Assembly (NCBI GenBank): GCA_965235115.1
Contig: OZ249440.1
Location: 33,730,001-33,794,000 of the forward strand
DNA: 64,000 nt
Direction: 5' to 3'
Origin: Laetmonice hystrix
Lineage: Eukaryota
Numbering within the stretch: the stretch's first letter is position 1; each line of letters begins with the position of its first letter. This document shows, in pieces, positions 26,621-38,768 of the stretch. The translations under genes and the position numbers were made by a program. The notes beneath the pieces are model-generated. The model was not told the DNA's origin. It saw only the letters and a list, made by a program, of their open reading frames with translations, and made no database searches.

Positions 26621-26866
26621 TTTAATTGTGTTAGGGTATTGTGTAAAATTACTGGCAAATCCCTGGAAACTTGTGCTGCCAGGTATTTTACCGTAAATTT
26701 ACGGTGAAATTTTTTACATTTATTGTATCTTCCATTTTTCCAAGCAGGCAATGATTTCCCCCAAATTTCAAATTCCATGACTTTCCATGAGCTGATGCAA
26801 AATCCCATGACTTTCCAAGCCTGGAAAATGGATTATCAAATTCCATGACGTTCCAGGATTTCCAGG

Positions 26867-27065
26867 TAGCAATATCAGACCAGGAGTGATTTTAGAGTTC
26901 TTGTCAGAGGCTGGACTTCTGAATCTTTTATAGATGTGTTTTCGTGGTGTTCCCGTTCGGACCCGGTTCCTTTGGTTTTATGGTCTTATAACTCTGTTTT
27001 CGCCGTGAATATGGCCCCAGATGCCGACACGGCGCAAAACCACCACTACTCACTCACTCACTCAC
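26867..27065 (+). mobile_element. 5'-truncated LINE 3' end (I/Nimb-like)
   Basis: 15-bp TSD TCCAGGATTTCCAGG; ORF end ILEFLSEAGLLNLL*; (TCAC)n tail. Confidence 0.75.
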
Positions 27066-27188
27066 TCCAGGATTTCCAGGACCGCTAAGAACGCTGACTG
27101 TACTGTAAGTGATATACTAGTGTGCCAAAGTATAGAGGGGTGGTTCCAGAAGGCTGGTAATTGTAGGCCTATACTGTACTCTTCACAG

Positions 27189-27437
27189 GGCGAGTGAGAG
27201 GCCACTTAGTTGGCGATGTGGCCTATCCTGCCAGCATGTACATGCTGATGCCTTTCCTAGATGCGAGGGAACCCCATGAAATCCAATACAAAGTTCAAGC
27301 CTGAACTCGTGTCGTAATCGAACAGGCGTTTGAAATACTGAAACGCCGTTTCCAAGTTCTAAGTGGCACGGTCCGCATCAGAAGCACCAGACGGTTTGCC
27401 CAAATCGCCACTTCCTGCGTAGTTCTACATAATATTG
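27189..27437 (+). pseudogene. Exon of a second Harbinger transposase
   Basis: GHLVGDVAYP..LMPF..TRVVIEQAFEILKRRF..SCVVLHNI; internal stop. Confidence 0.85.
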
Positions 27438-28329
27438 GTAGGATAGGCCTATTCTATGGCCATAATTTCTATTACGAGCATCAGGCATAACCCAGTTCAC
27501 ATGAAGAGAAAATTGTATACTTTTATCACTGGAGGATCCAGGGGGGCCTCCCCCCTTAAATTGTCCTTCCCCTACCTTTTTTTATGAAGATGCATTATTC
27601 GGCCCTGAAACTAGGATTCCAACAAAAGCCTCCTATATTGTAAGTGATAGTAACATAGGGCCCAAAAGGGTCTCCTCAGTCATCTTTCTTGTACGACCAT
27701 TTGAAACCCATCAGAAAAGTATAAAAACCGTCAAAACTTGTGACCTTTCTACCTAGCAGCGCTTGCTATGCAAAATCTGTCGCGACGACCTATACAAAAA
27801 AAGTAACCAGATTCTCCACATCGTAAGGTCTCCACACATGTCTTTCTTTTAGCAAGACTCCTGATAGTTATGAATACAGCAAGCTTTGTTTGTCAATTTA
27901 AAAGTTCCAAAAACTCTGACAAAAACTTGTGCCTTCAACACTGTCATGGACATAATCTTGAAAAGCACTTTCATCCCACCATTACAGCAAGACACAGAGG
28001 TAAAACTTCATGTTGATGTTACATATCAATAACAAATAGTTATCTATAAATAAATTCGTTTTGTTTACTTTGTACCACATTTTCACTCATTATATACTGG
28101 GTAATGGGCAACTTAAACTACTGAGTACATATTCCAATCTTGTTTATTTTGATATCCTAGTTTTCAAAGGAAAATGTGAATTGTACAATTTTCACATTCT
28201 GTTGCCTTTATAGGAGAATGACCAGCCCACTGGAACACTGTTACTGTTAGATGACCTGCACAACTACACGGTCATCTTCCTTAACTGGTTTTTCATAGTG
28301 TGCTCCCTTAAAGATGTAGTATCTGAGGG

Positions 28330-28760
28330 TAATGTATATCAAGCAAACATCACTCTGAAGTTTATGATACCATTGTTTTATTCCCATTCTGCACTAAGTA
28401 TATGACTGAATGTAGGCCTATTGACTATACATGTGCTCAAAACTGAAATCTTGCTATCACCTAAAATGTCACTGAAAGTAAGGGCATCATCTTTCGTCAA
28501 CCCCTCAGGCAGGAAGGGACACAACAAAGCCGCTGACATGGAAAAAGATAACACTGGAGGTTAAAATTTTGAAAGGTTTGATCCGAGGGTTAGGTGCAAA
28601 TAAAACCGAAAATTCAATTGTGAAAATATCGAAAGTGGCATCCGTCATTTACAACATTGTAGAAAACCTGAACGTAATGACTCAAAGCAGACAAAGGGAT
28701 ACCATACAACTCATGAAGCCAGATCGTGTGCTGCAGATATTCAGCAAATACTGAATGTTT
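28330..28760 (+). pseudogene. Degenerate DUF6589-like transposon protein fragment
   Basis: FVNPSGRKGHNKAADMEK..KGLIRGLGANKTENSIVKISK. Confidence 0.5.
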
Positions 28761-30654
28761 TGCAAAACAACAATCCCTGGAAGTACACTCCTGATAGGAA
28801 ATTGAAAGTATTCGTTAATGACGTGTCTAAAACACCATACAATATCGACACATAGGCCTATATGCTTGTGAAAGATGCGTCTTACAGAATGTTGACAGAT
28901 TACGAAGGGGAGCTCTTCTACCAGTTGAAGAAGAAAGTGATGGTGAATAGACCCAACAGAAAATGTTTGGTTTACTAACTATACCTGTCAAAATTACGCG
29001 ATTGCACTAAAGTGCACCCAAATATTCAATATTAGTATGACCGGTATTACAGTAGACCTCGCATTTTTTTTAACGGCATTGCATATACCAGACAATCGCC
29101 TATAACGTACTGAAACTGGAAGTCCCGGTGCCATCTAACGATAATTCAAATTACTAGATCTATGCATATAACGTACTTCACATATAACAAACAAAAATCT
29201 CTGGTCCCAGTCAATATATGCGAAGTCTACTGACATGTCCTGTGTTGTCAGGGCTTGACACTAACTTTTAGATGCACGTGCACTTGCCCTCCTCAAAATT
29301 CACTTACCATAATTTTTTTTTTAATTTACTAACCATGTTCTCCCAGTCCCTGCAAAACCGTCCCCGTACTAACAATGTTCTCCCAGTCCGCACAAATCCA
29401 TCCCTGTACTAACACTATTACGAGGAGCGCCAGCTCTGTGGTGTGTCAGGCATGCAGACTACACCACAGGGACTGCCGAAGAACGGCTCTGAATGAAATT
29501 TGCGTCGCTCTAGGAACCACAGCACAGGTATAACATTAGGCCTAACGATTTAATATAGCCTAGATCTAGAGGTCTAGATCTAGAGGTTTAGATCAAGTCT
29601 ACCCTAATGAGTAATGTTAGATACAATAATACAGTACTCAAAGCCTAGCCCTAGCCTAGGTCCTAGGCTGGGCATAGCCATATTATATTACTAGGCCTAA
29701 CGGTAGGGCTATGCTACATGTAGACTATGATTGATCTAAGGCATCTATTATTAATGTCGACTTTCGTCCGTTTTTTGTGTTAACTTATATTATTATTTGA
29801 GATATAAATTTGAACTTTAAGGCTGTCAGTCTAGTCTAGTACTACAACTAAAGTTAGATGCATCGTCTGCTTCGCGCATACGTACAGCTAGAGTTTGGCT
29901 GCGCTGATGCCATGGCATGGGCATTGTCATGTGATGACACTGACAGCAGATCTGGCTATAGGGCGCCGAAGTCTCGTGACACAGTTACGGATTTTCTGGA
30001 TAGGAGGTACAAATGGAGCGTCAATGTTGACACCCAAATGTTACGTCACAAATTTCCCCATTGGTTTAACATAGGATGAAGAGACATCGTTCCAAAGATC
30101 GGCCTAGTCTTGAAGATTTTTGTGTTGTTATGTATAAAAATGATCTATTCAAGCATAAAACAGGTTGATACAAATATCTGGGAAGGTTTCATTACAAAGG
30201 GCAGCATAACTACAGAGAAATCACGAGTTGAAGTTGACAGTCGCCGTTCCCTATGGCCGGCGCAATGCTAAACCAGCGTGAGCGATAATGACGTGTCAAC
30301 AAAATCGACGTTTATCGCGTTGTAACGCAACATCTCGTGACCTACTTTAGCTCCCTATTACTAGATCTATCTAAATTTGAGGTACTATATTAGTACGGTA
30401 CTAGTATCGGTAGCCTGGGGTGGGGGTGTGCGAAGGGTGCGTACGGTACGGGATATTTTCAAATGAATTACTGATATGAATTACCGGTAGAGATATCTGC
30501 AATTCGAACGTCACATATCCTTAATATCCTCGAAATATGGGTGCCCCCCATGACCTGCGGCCTGCGTACAACAAAATGGCAACTACTCTGAGTATCGATT
30601 CAGAATTTCAAAGTCAGAATCTCATTTTATTCACACACAGTTTCCTTACTAATT

Positions 30655-32990
30655 TGTTGTGATGGGGTTAAAGTGCAACCCAAGAAGGTGGAGTGTGTGC
30701 AGAATTGGCCAACCCCAAGAAATCGAAAAGAGGTCAGGTCTTTCCTGGGCCTAGCCGCTAGCGGGGTATTACCGGCTGTTCATTAAAGATTTTGCCAAAG
30801 TAGCCAGGCCCATGACAGCATTACTGGTCAGTGTTAATGAAGAGTTCCCTTGGACGCCTGAGTGCGACCAAGCCTTCCAAGCCCTGAAGGATGCGTCAAC
30901 GACGGCACCAGTGCTAGGATATCCTAAACCTGACGGCCAGGTTATTTTGGATATGGATGCCTGCACGATGCCTGCACGAGGGACTAGCCGTCGGCGCAGT
31001 ACTCTTACATGTGCAAGATGGGCGTGAGGTGGTGGTAGCCTATCTCAGCAAGGCACTGGGGGCAGCTGAGAAAAATTATTGCATCACATGCAAGGAATTG
31101 TTCGCTGTCGTGACAGCCTATAGTCTATAGCGTGGCAGCCGCATCCATATATCTATGGTAGGCCTGTAAGCGTTCACACAGATAATTCGGCTGTTGCGTG
31201 GGCCAAGCGAAACAAAAAGCCAGTAAACCAGATGGCCAGATGGCTACAGGAGCTCGGAACATATGACCTACATGAAGTCCACCAGCCTGGCCGTGTTCAC
31301 TGGAACACGGATCCCCTAAGCAGGAGGCCACATGACCCCCGTTCACAATGTCACCGGGAGGAGGGTCCCTGTAGCCAGTATGACGTGGGGGGCACCCCTG
31401 CCCCTAGGATCTCCTGTGCAGCCGTCACGAGGGCACAAGCTAGCACCGATAAGCCAGTCGAGGTTAACCCAGAGCTCTTCCAACATGATGTGGAAAATGA
31501 CCAAGGATGGTCAAGCGCTGAGGTTAGGGAGGAACAGCTGTGTGACCCTGATATTTCAATTGTCATGAGGGCCTTGATCTCTGTGAGGGGTCGGCCATGA
31601 TGGCAAGAAATGGCGGCCGAATCTGAATCGGCAAAGGCATTATGGGCCCAGTTCAAAAGACTGAAGGAAATCAACGGCGTACTATATAGGTCGTGGGAAA
31701 ATGATGAGGGAACAGAGTGCAGATGGCAGCTGGTGGTCCCCAGAACTAGAATAAATTTTGTATTGAGTCAGGCCCACGATGCGCCTCTGGGTGGACACTT
31801 AAGGCCGCCGCACACGACGAATATATTCGCGAACATTTGTTCACGAACAAAAATCCGCTCAGACAATTATTGTTCGCGAACAATTGTTAGTCGGTATTCG
31901 ACATGCAGATGTTTAACACAAATGCGTGGTTTATCGCAGACGACAAACATTTGTTCGGAAATATTAAACATGTTGTTGAACGCCGACGAACAATTGTTCG
32001 TTCGGCGTTTTGATCACCGCACACAAGCGGATTTTTGTTCGGAAACAAATGTTCGCGCACAAATGTTCGTCGTGTGCGGCGGCCTTTAGGGAGTGACAAA
32101 ACCCTATCCAAAATAAAAGACGACTTTTACTGGGTCAACATGCGGCGTGATGTGCGTCTGTATTGTCAAGCCTGTGACCCGTGTACAGCACCTAAGCCAG
32201 TGCTACACAGGCACCGTGCGCCAATGAAACGGTTTGTGGTGGGTAGTCTCATGGAGCGGGTCACTACTGATATCACTGGTCCGTTAGACAGGACAACCTC
32301 TGGCAACAAGTTACATACTTGTAGTCACAGATGTATTTACTAAATGGACTGAGGCTTATGCCCTCAGGAATATAGAAGCCAAGACAGTGGCAAGAAAGAT
32401 TGTTGAGGAGTGGGTGTGCCGGTATGGCGCCCCAAAAATCCTGCACAGCGACCAAGGTTGCCAGTACGGGTCATCCCTATTTAGGGAAATGTGTCTATTG
32501 CTAGGCATAAAGAAAACCCATATGACTGCTCTGAGACCCCAGGCTAATAGTCAGGTGGAACGCTTCAACAGGACGTTAGGAGCGTTACTTGCTATTTTCT
32601 CCCAGGAAGCGCCCAATAAATGGGACAGGCATTTACCATTTATCTTGGCCGCTTACAGAGCAGCTAAACATGACACCACGGGCCAAACACCAAATGTGAT
32701 GTTGTTTGGCAGAGACGTGACGTTACCCCTACATTTAGTGACATGCAATCCTAAGGCAAAGAACTGGGAGATAGATTCTGACAGTTATGTAACTGAGTTA
32801 AGGCAAATGTATGAGGGAGCCTTCCAAATGGCCAGACACTGCCTGAAGAAGGCCGCGTATCTCAGAAAGAAGAGATACTATGTTGGTACTAAAGAGTTTT
32901 AATTTTCTGTGGGGCAACAGGTGTGGTTGTATGACCCTACTAAAAATGAGGGGACCTGTGCAAAGCTCCGCAGTTGTTGGCATAAAGGTT
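30655..32990 (+). pseudogene. pol: Gypsy pol: RT C-terminus, RNase H, integrase (stops and frameshifts)
   Basis: WPTPRNRKEVRSFLGLA; FPWTPECDQAFQALK..APVLGYP; MARWLQEL; HDAPLGGHLG..FYWVNM..CDPC; LHSDQG; VERFNRTL. Confidence 0.92.
31802..32085. mobile_element. Harbinger-type MITE within the integrase
   Basis: TIR AGGCCGCCGCACACGACGAA; TTA TSD; removal restores GGHLGSDKTL in frame. Confidence 0.92.
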
Positions 32991-33149
32991 GGTTGACCAT
33001 TTGGTACCCATTCAATGGCAGAAAAAACCCAACCCCTCACCCTCATAGTGAAACAGACTTTCCTGACATATTTCCTGTGTGAATTAAAAAAAGAAAAAAG
33101 ACAGAGTCAAAATACTGGAGACCATGGGGTACTTGGTATATATTTCAGA

Positions 33150-33648
33150 ATGGAACAAGATGACCTTATAGGTCCGCTCGACTATGATGAGTCCGAGCTG
33201 GAGGAGGCAGTGCGAAGCCTCAACACGCTGCTCCAGGAGCCTGGGGAGGAGGCTGCCTCTGCGCCGGCTGACGCGGAGACGAGTGGGGAGGCTGTACCCC
33301 CCGAGGAGGCCGGAGGATGACACCCCTATCATGGTACAGTTTTGGTCGGGGATGGCATGCCCGGCATGTACTGGCTCCAGCCCTTCCAACTCAAAGTTTT
33401 CCCGGTTTGACGCATTTCTCCGGCACTGGAAAGTAACTCACCTGCCGGAAATCAAGATCTTCCCGTGCCCGGAGGAGGGTTGCGCTTTCCATTCGAAGAG
33501 GTCATTTGACACCCGGCAGCACTTTCTGAGGCTGCACTGCGGGGGTCGCAAGTCAGCCCATTTCGTCCAGTTGTGTGGGATGGCACGTCCAGACTCCGTC
33601 CCCAACCCCGCATTCGTGGACCCCGAACGCTGCCGGCCCCCCCTTTAG
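33150..33648 (+). pseudogene. Accessory ORF 1: acidic N-terminus + two C2H2-like zinc fingers (one frameshift)
   Basis: LDYDE; CPAC..FLRHWKVTH; CPEEGC..TRQHFLRLH; ATG follows acceptor-like TATTTCAG. Confidence 0.7.
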
Positions 33649-33844
33649 CGACCAAACGCCCTGCCGAGGATGCCCCCAGTGAGAAGGAACAGGCCTCCAC
33701 CAAGCTGGAAATGTACACACTATACCAGACCCATCCAGTAACACTGAAAACGATGGAGTGGAAGCAACAGTCACTATGAGGAAAACAAAACATGATAGAG
33801 ACACTAAAGAAAATATCACAACCAAAACTTTCTCTGCTCAAAAA

Positions 33845-34600
33845 GGTTTTAAGATTTTACATCTGAAGGTGAGAAGCCTCCTGCCAAAAATTGATAATAT
33901 CAAGCATAGTTTTACCCCAAATACAAATATTCTGTGTTTCACTGTAACCTGGTTCAAACCAGAATTAATGCTAGAACTTTCCCAAATACATAATTACAGA
34001 TTAGGAACGACCGTAATAATAAAAGAGGTGGGGGTACTTGCATCTTTCTGAGAGAAGAAATCAAATATGAAATAGTAACACAAGTATCTGATAGTGACAT
34101 CGAAATGCAAGCTGTGATTGTTGATGGCCATAACGCCAAGAAAATTATTTTGCTGAATTGCTACAGGCCGCCTAGTGGTAAACCTGAGAATGCAGTGAAT
34201 GCTATCAAAAATTGCCTTTATCAAATAAGGAATTTGAATAGGTGCGAAATAGTGATTCTAGGGGACCTAAATATTGACTACTTTGATGTTAACTCTGACC
34301 CCTATAAACTACTCACTTCACTTGAAGACGAATTTAATCTAAAACAAATAATTAAGAATAGTACGAGAATACATCGTGGTGGTAGTACACTAATAGATGT
34401 CATTTTCACTAACATAAAAAAACATCTATTCCTCAGGCTGTATTGAGTACAACATCAGTGACCATCTACCCATATATATATATCGTAAAGAAAAGAAAGC
34501 AAAACAGTCAGAGGTAAAAAATATGTGTACTGTAGGAGTTATAAAAACTATGAGTATGACAAAAACAAGTTTCAAAATAACTTGAAAAACCTAGATTAAC
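33845..34600 (+). pseudogene. LINE APE endonuclease fragment
   Basis: LHLKVRSL, KRGGG, CYRPPSG, LGDLNID, STLIDVIFTN, ISDHLPIY. Confidence 0.85.
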
Positions 34601-34618
34601 CTTGATATGTTACAGGCC

Positions 34619-35101
34619 ATGGAGGAAGAGCTCCTTGATTACGATGAGACGGGGTTGGATAGCATTAGCCTGGACCTCGAAAAGTTCTTGTCTTGGAAGC
34701 CTGGGACTACCCACATTTTTGCGGGATCTGTCGGGGCCGCCTCACCTTTGTTAGAGGTCTTGGTGGAGGAAGCTGTGGAGTCGGCCAAGGAGCCTATTGT
34801 TTACTTTCCTGGATTAGTGTGGCCCGCCTGCTTGGAGGCAGGAATCACCGTCCCTTCCTTTCCTTGGTACGACGCCCTGGTTCGCCATTAGCGGGATCGA
34901 CATTGCCGTTTTGTGTGGGTTTTTCCTTGTCCCGAATGCCCCTATACAGCACAGAGAAGCTATGACACAAGAAGGCACTTCCTGCACCACTGTGGAGGGC
35001 AGCCATCAGGGCGTTTTTTTGATTTTCGTCATGGGGCAGTGCCCGAGGTGGTGAAGAATACCAGGTACGTGGATCCTGGGAGGTACGTTCTTCCCTGGTG
35101 A
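34619..35101 (+). pseudogene. Accessory ORF 2: paralog of 33150-33648
   Basis: LDYDE; PAC..YDALVRH*; FPCPEC..RSYDTRRHFLHHCGG; YVDP; ATG follows acceptor-like TTACAG. Confidence 0.7.
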
Positions 35102-36200
35102 GGGCTCTCTACACCCTGCACTGGCATCTGCACCTGTTCCTGCTGCTGTACCTGTCGTCCAGGTCCCGTTCCCGTCATCGCCGAGGCTGTCGTTCCCTCT
35201 GTGACGGCAGCTCCAGTTCCTGCCGTCACCAAGATTACCTCGCGCTTCTTCAGAGCAGATCGTCGCTTCTCCAGAGACAGCCTCCAGCCCCAGCACTTGC
35301 TACATACCGGTTCCAGCACTTCCTATGGAGAAGGAGGGCCTTCGACGTTTCATCACTGCCGGGCGACGCGTTGCCGATGAGTGGACTGCCGCTGTATGTG
35401 AGGCTTCCGACCAACTGCTGCATCTGGAGGAGGACACCCGTCGACAGGCAGACCAGGCAGTATGTATCAACTTAATTTACTATCAAGTACTTACAACTAT
35501 CAAGTTTCCTAACTTCTTAAATTACAGAATAGAATTGTCTAATACAGTGTGTACAATATCTGTTTTCTCTTTTCAGATTTTCAGTCAATTACTCAGCAGT
35601 ATGTATAAACTTAATTAAATCTGCTTTCTTTTAAATAGATATTCAGGTCAACTTGTTCTAGACTTAACTTTACCGTCAAAGACCATCTCTAACGCTAGTC
35701 TAACACTAGTAACAGGCTATACAATCTATTTTTCTTCTTCTTCTTGAAGATGGCCACATGACTACGATCGGAGGTGCTGGACCAAATGTGGAATTTATTT
35801 TTTTATATTTTCATGCAGGGGACCATCGCAACCCCGACTATTCTGATGTGGAGGAGGAGGACTGGGAGGGGGACATCCACCAAGGACCTCCTCCCAGCGA
35901 GCCGTATTTTGTTCTAGGTGTTGAAGCGGTGGTGGTGGGTGTTTTTTTTTAAATGTGGGAGGGTTTTTTTAAAATGAGTCAAGGGTAAAATAATAAAATT
36001 TAAATTTTAAGCAAGTCGTTTGTTCCAGTTCTTAAATGCCAGGGTGTGTAACCCCTCTCTCTCTCTTCACCCTCCATCGAATCCATATAAGGAATTCCAT
36101 GACATCATTATGGTAACCCTTTTTGTGTATGTTCAGGGGTGGTCGATTTTTCAAATTAATCACTCGCCACAGGAACAGTCCGCCGAGCAGTCAAGACATG

Positions 36201-38362
36201 TGTAGACTATGGCCATGTGAGTCGATGCCAGGAACACAGAATATGAGCTAGAGTCTACCAGTGGCGTTATATGCTGATCATCAGCGAAGAGAGATGCTAT
36301 GAATTAAGTCGATCGCTAAGATGGTTCATCAGTGAAAGGGCTGCTGTAAGTAATGCTGAAAATCACGGTTCCCCAGGTTATATGACATGGGATGGTCCCG
36401 ACGCACCATATCGACTACTGATCGAGTCTCTCTTTCTACCTGAATTTCAACCAGATCAGGATATTATACGGGACCTCTGCAATGGCTGTCGCACAAATTC
36501 TACTCACAATGCACATCACATAGGGTTAGGGTGTCGAGGTATGTGGGACGAGGCCGTTCAGCAAATAACTCGAGATAGAGTAGAGAAACTCTATGACATC
36601 CTCTGTTGAGAACTCCATATTCAACCCCCCAAGGTACCATGTTTTTATCTGAAATGAAAGAGGATTTAAAGAAGATTGAAATACGTCAACAGTGGCTTAC
36701 CCAGTTTGCATGCTTTGTTGGCGAGAAGATCCCAGCTCGACATTTCCGATAAGGGCATGGCACTTATGACAAGGTATATCATCTTGACGGTTTCCCACTT
36801 GTTTTTAAACCACATACACCATTGGTTCTATATGACGTCGATCTGCTATAACGGTTTTCCACTTGTTTTTAAACAACCACATAAATAATTACTTGACAAT
36901 CTGTCTCGACATGAAGGTTTCCACTTGTTTTTTTTAACCATGACAACCAGGCGCTTCCGTATGACATCACACACATACAATCTTAACAGTCACTATTCAG
37001 TTTGAATCAAATACTCGTTGAGAATAGACGTGAATATGGAGGCCAGCAGTTGTGTCTTGGATTCGCAGCAGAGAGCCGTGATGTTGACAATTCCACGCGC
37101 GCACCTAGCGATGACTAAAAGCATTAAATAGAGCATTAAAGTTGATTAAATAAGTAAGATTTAACGTTATAGATGTCTATTCTAACTGCGGGTTAGATAT
37201 ATTCCATGTATTCACTAGACGCCAGAGTTGCACTCTTTTGACAGTGCAGACTAGGTCAACGTTCCAATTTATGCAAGGTGGTGCCACCACTATAAATATC
37301 GCGCTCCGCCAAGCGGAAAACATTGTAGACCAGACGCTCATCCATAGATGCCAGCTACTGCTGCCACCTTTCGTCAACCACTTTCCACTACTACTACGTA
37401 ACCCAACCCAACAGTCGGCGCCACGGTAAGTCAGTGCTGACCGCGCTTGTTATCCGGACATGTGGATGACACAGATGACACAATATGACTGGCAACTTGA
37501 TGGCCTGGATGACATAGGCGGCTGTGGATGACAACCACAGAACGGGATGACACCCCGTGACTGACATGACGATGACTGACTGATTGTGGGCATAGATTTT
37601 GCCCTGTACATAGACTTGTACATACGTTTACCCTTGACTAGACATAAGATATTAGTAATTAGACTACCACAGACCTTGTGCCCAAGTTGTGGATGACGTA
37701 GATTAAACATATGACTGGATGACATGACACTATCTGCGGATGACATGACCTTACTTTGCGGATGACATGCGGATGACATGATCAAAATCTTCGGATGACA
37801 TTACCTGTGACCTATGACATGACTCAAATGACCTTTGACCTGTAGATGCCTACAGATATACTAGAGCTTGCTCATTCACAGTAATAATATTGATAATTGA
37901 TCTACGTTAGTGTTGTGGAGTACACCACAATATTTTATATAGCAGTCATGGTAATATCTTGTGCTATTAAGGTTGTCATAGAAGTTATTGAGTATGAAGA
38001 CGACCTACTAGTCCTGTACTGGGCTTACATAGTCTAATGATATTGCTGCTTTGTGCTACCTGTTGACGTTGAGACGGTGAAGGACCGGACTGACGAAGAC
38101 TTGTCAACGTCAACGAGATATAGTATCGACATCAGAAATAAAAGCTCCAACGATTATCTTTTAAACTGTATACCAGCCATTGTGTGATCTGTCCATTTGT
38201 TGTAGACGTTCTACCCAATCCTTATAATAAGTACCTGGTCTGCTAATGTTAACCGCCCAACGTGTTTGGGGCGGAAGTAGAAAATGCGAGAAGGCAGAGT
38301 AAAAAGAGAAAAACAAGAGAAGTACTACCCATTACATGATTATACGATCGCAGCACTCTACA
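36201..38362 (+). mobile_element. Gypsy LTR copy 2 (5' boundary tentative)
   Basis: 37191-38362 matches 1-1191; ends TCTACA; candidate start TGTAGA at 36201 (alternative TGTAAC at 36047); PBS TGGTGCCGTGACCAG at 38370. Confidence 0.7.
36271..36609 (+). CDS. Hypothetical protein with CxGCxxN-x6-H-x3-GC motif
   Basis: Motif spacing identical to that in the ORF at 47840-48224. Confidence 0.5.
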   Translation: MLIISEERCYELSRSLRWFISERAAVSNAENHGSPGYMTWDGPDAPYRLLIESLFLPEFQPDQDIIRDLCNGCRTNSTHNAHHIGLGCRGMWDEAVQQITRDRVEKLYDILC

Positions 38363-38410
38363 TAATTTTTGGTGCCGTGACCAGAATTGGGTTAGGACAA
38401 AATCAACAAG

Positions 38411-38768
38411 ATGGGCAGTTGGCTGGCTAATATTTCTAACTTCTTTGGTTGGAGGACTGTGACGCCTTGACAAGGCAATGACTTGACAAAGACTAAAAAT
38501 AAAAGACCTGACTACCACATGAGACTCAAGTGTGACTGTGACTGACTATATGACATACGCAACCTACTTTACTTAGCCGACTTGCGTAGCTTACCTGATG
38601 AGCCTAGACGTAGGACAAGGGAAGTGACAAATTTGACAATGTTAGAGAGTAATGACAAGTATGTCAGAGATGATGTACCTGTGATGGCGTCAACGCCTCA
38701 CAGACATACTCAAGTGAGATTTCCCCCTGATATGAGAAATGATGAGTCAACCCATGTGACCAGACCAG
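38411..38768 (+). pseudogene. gag: Gypsy gag start, copy 2 (stop codon, deletions), cut by a Harbinger insertion
   Basis: Matches 1242-1650. Confidence 0.8.
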
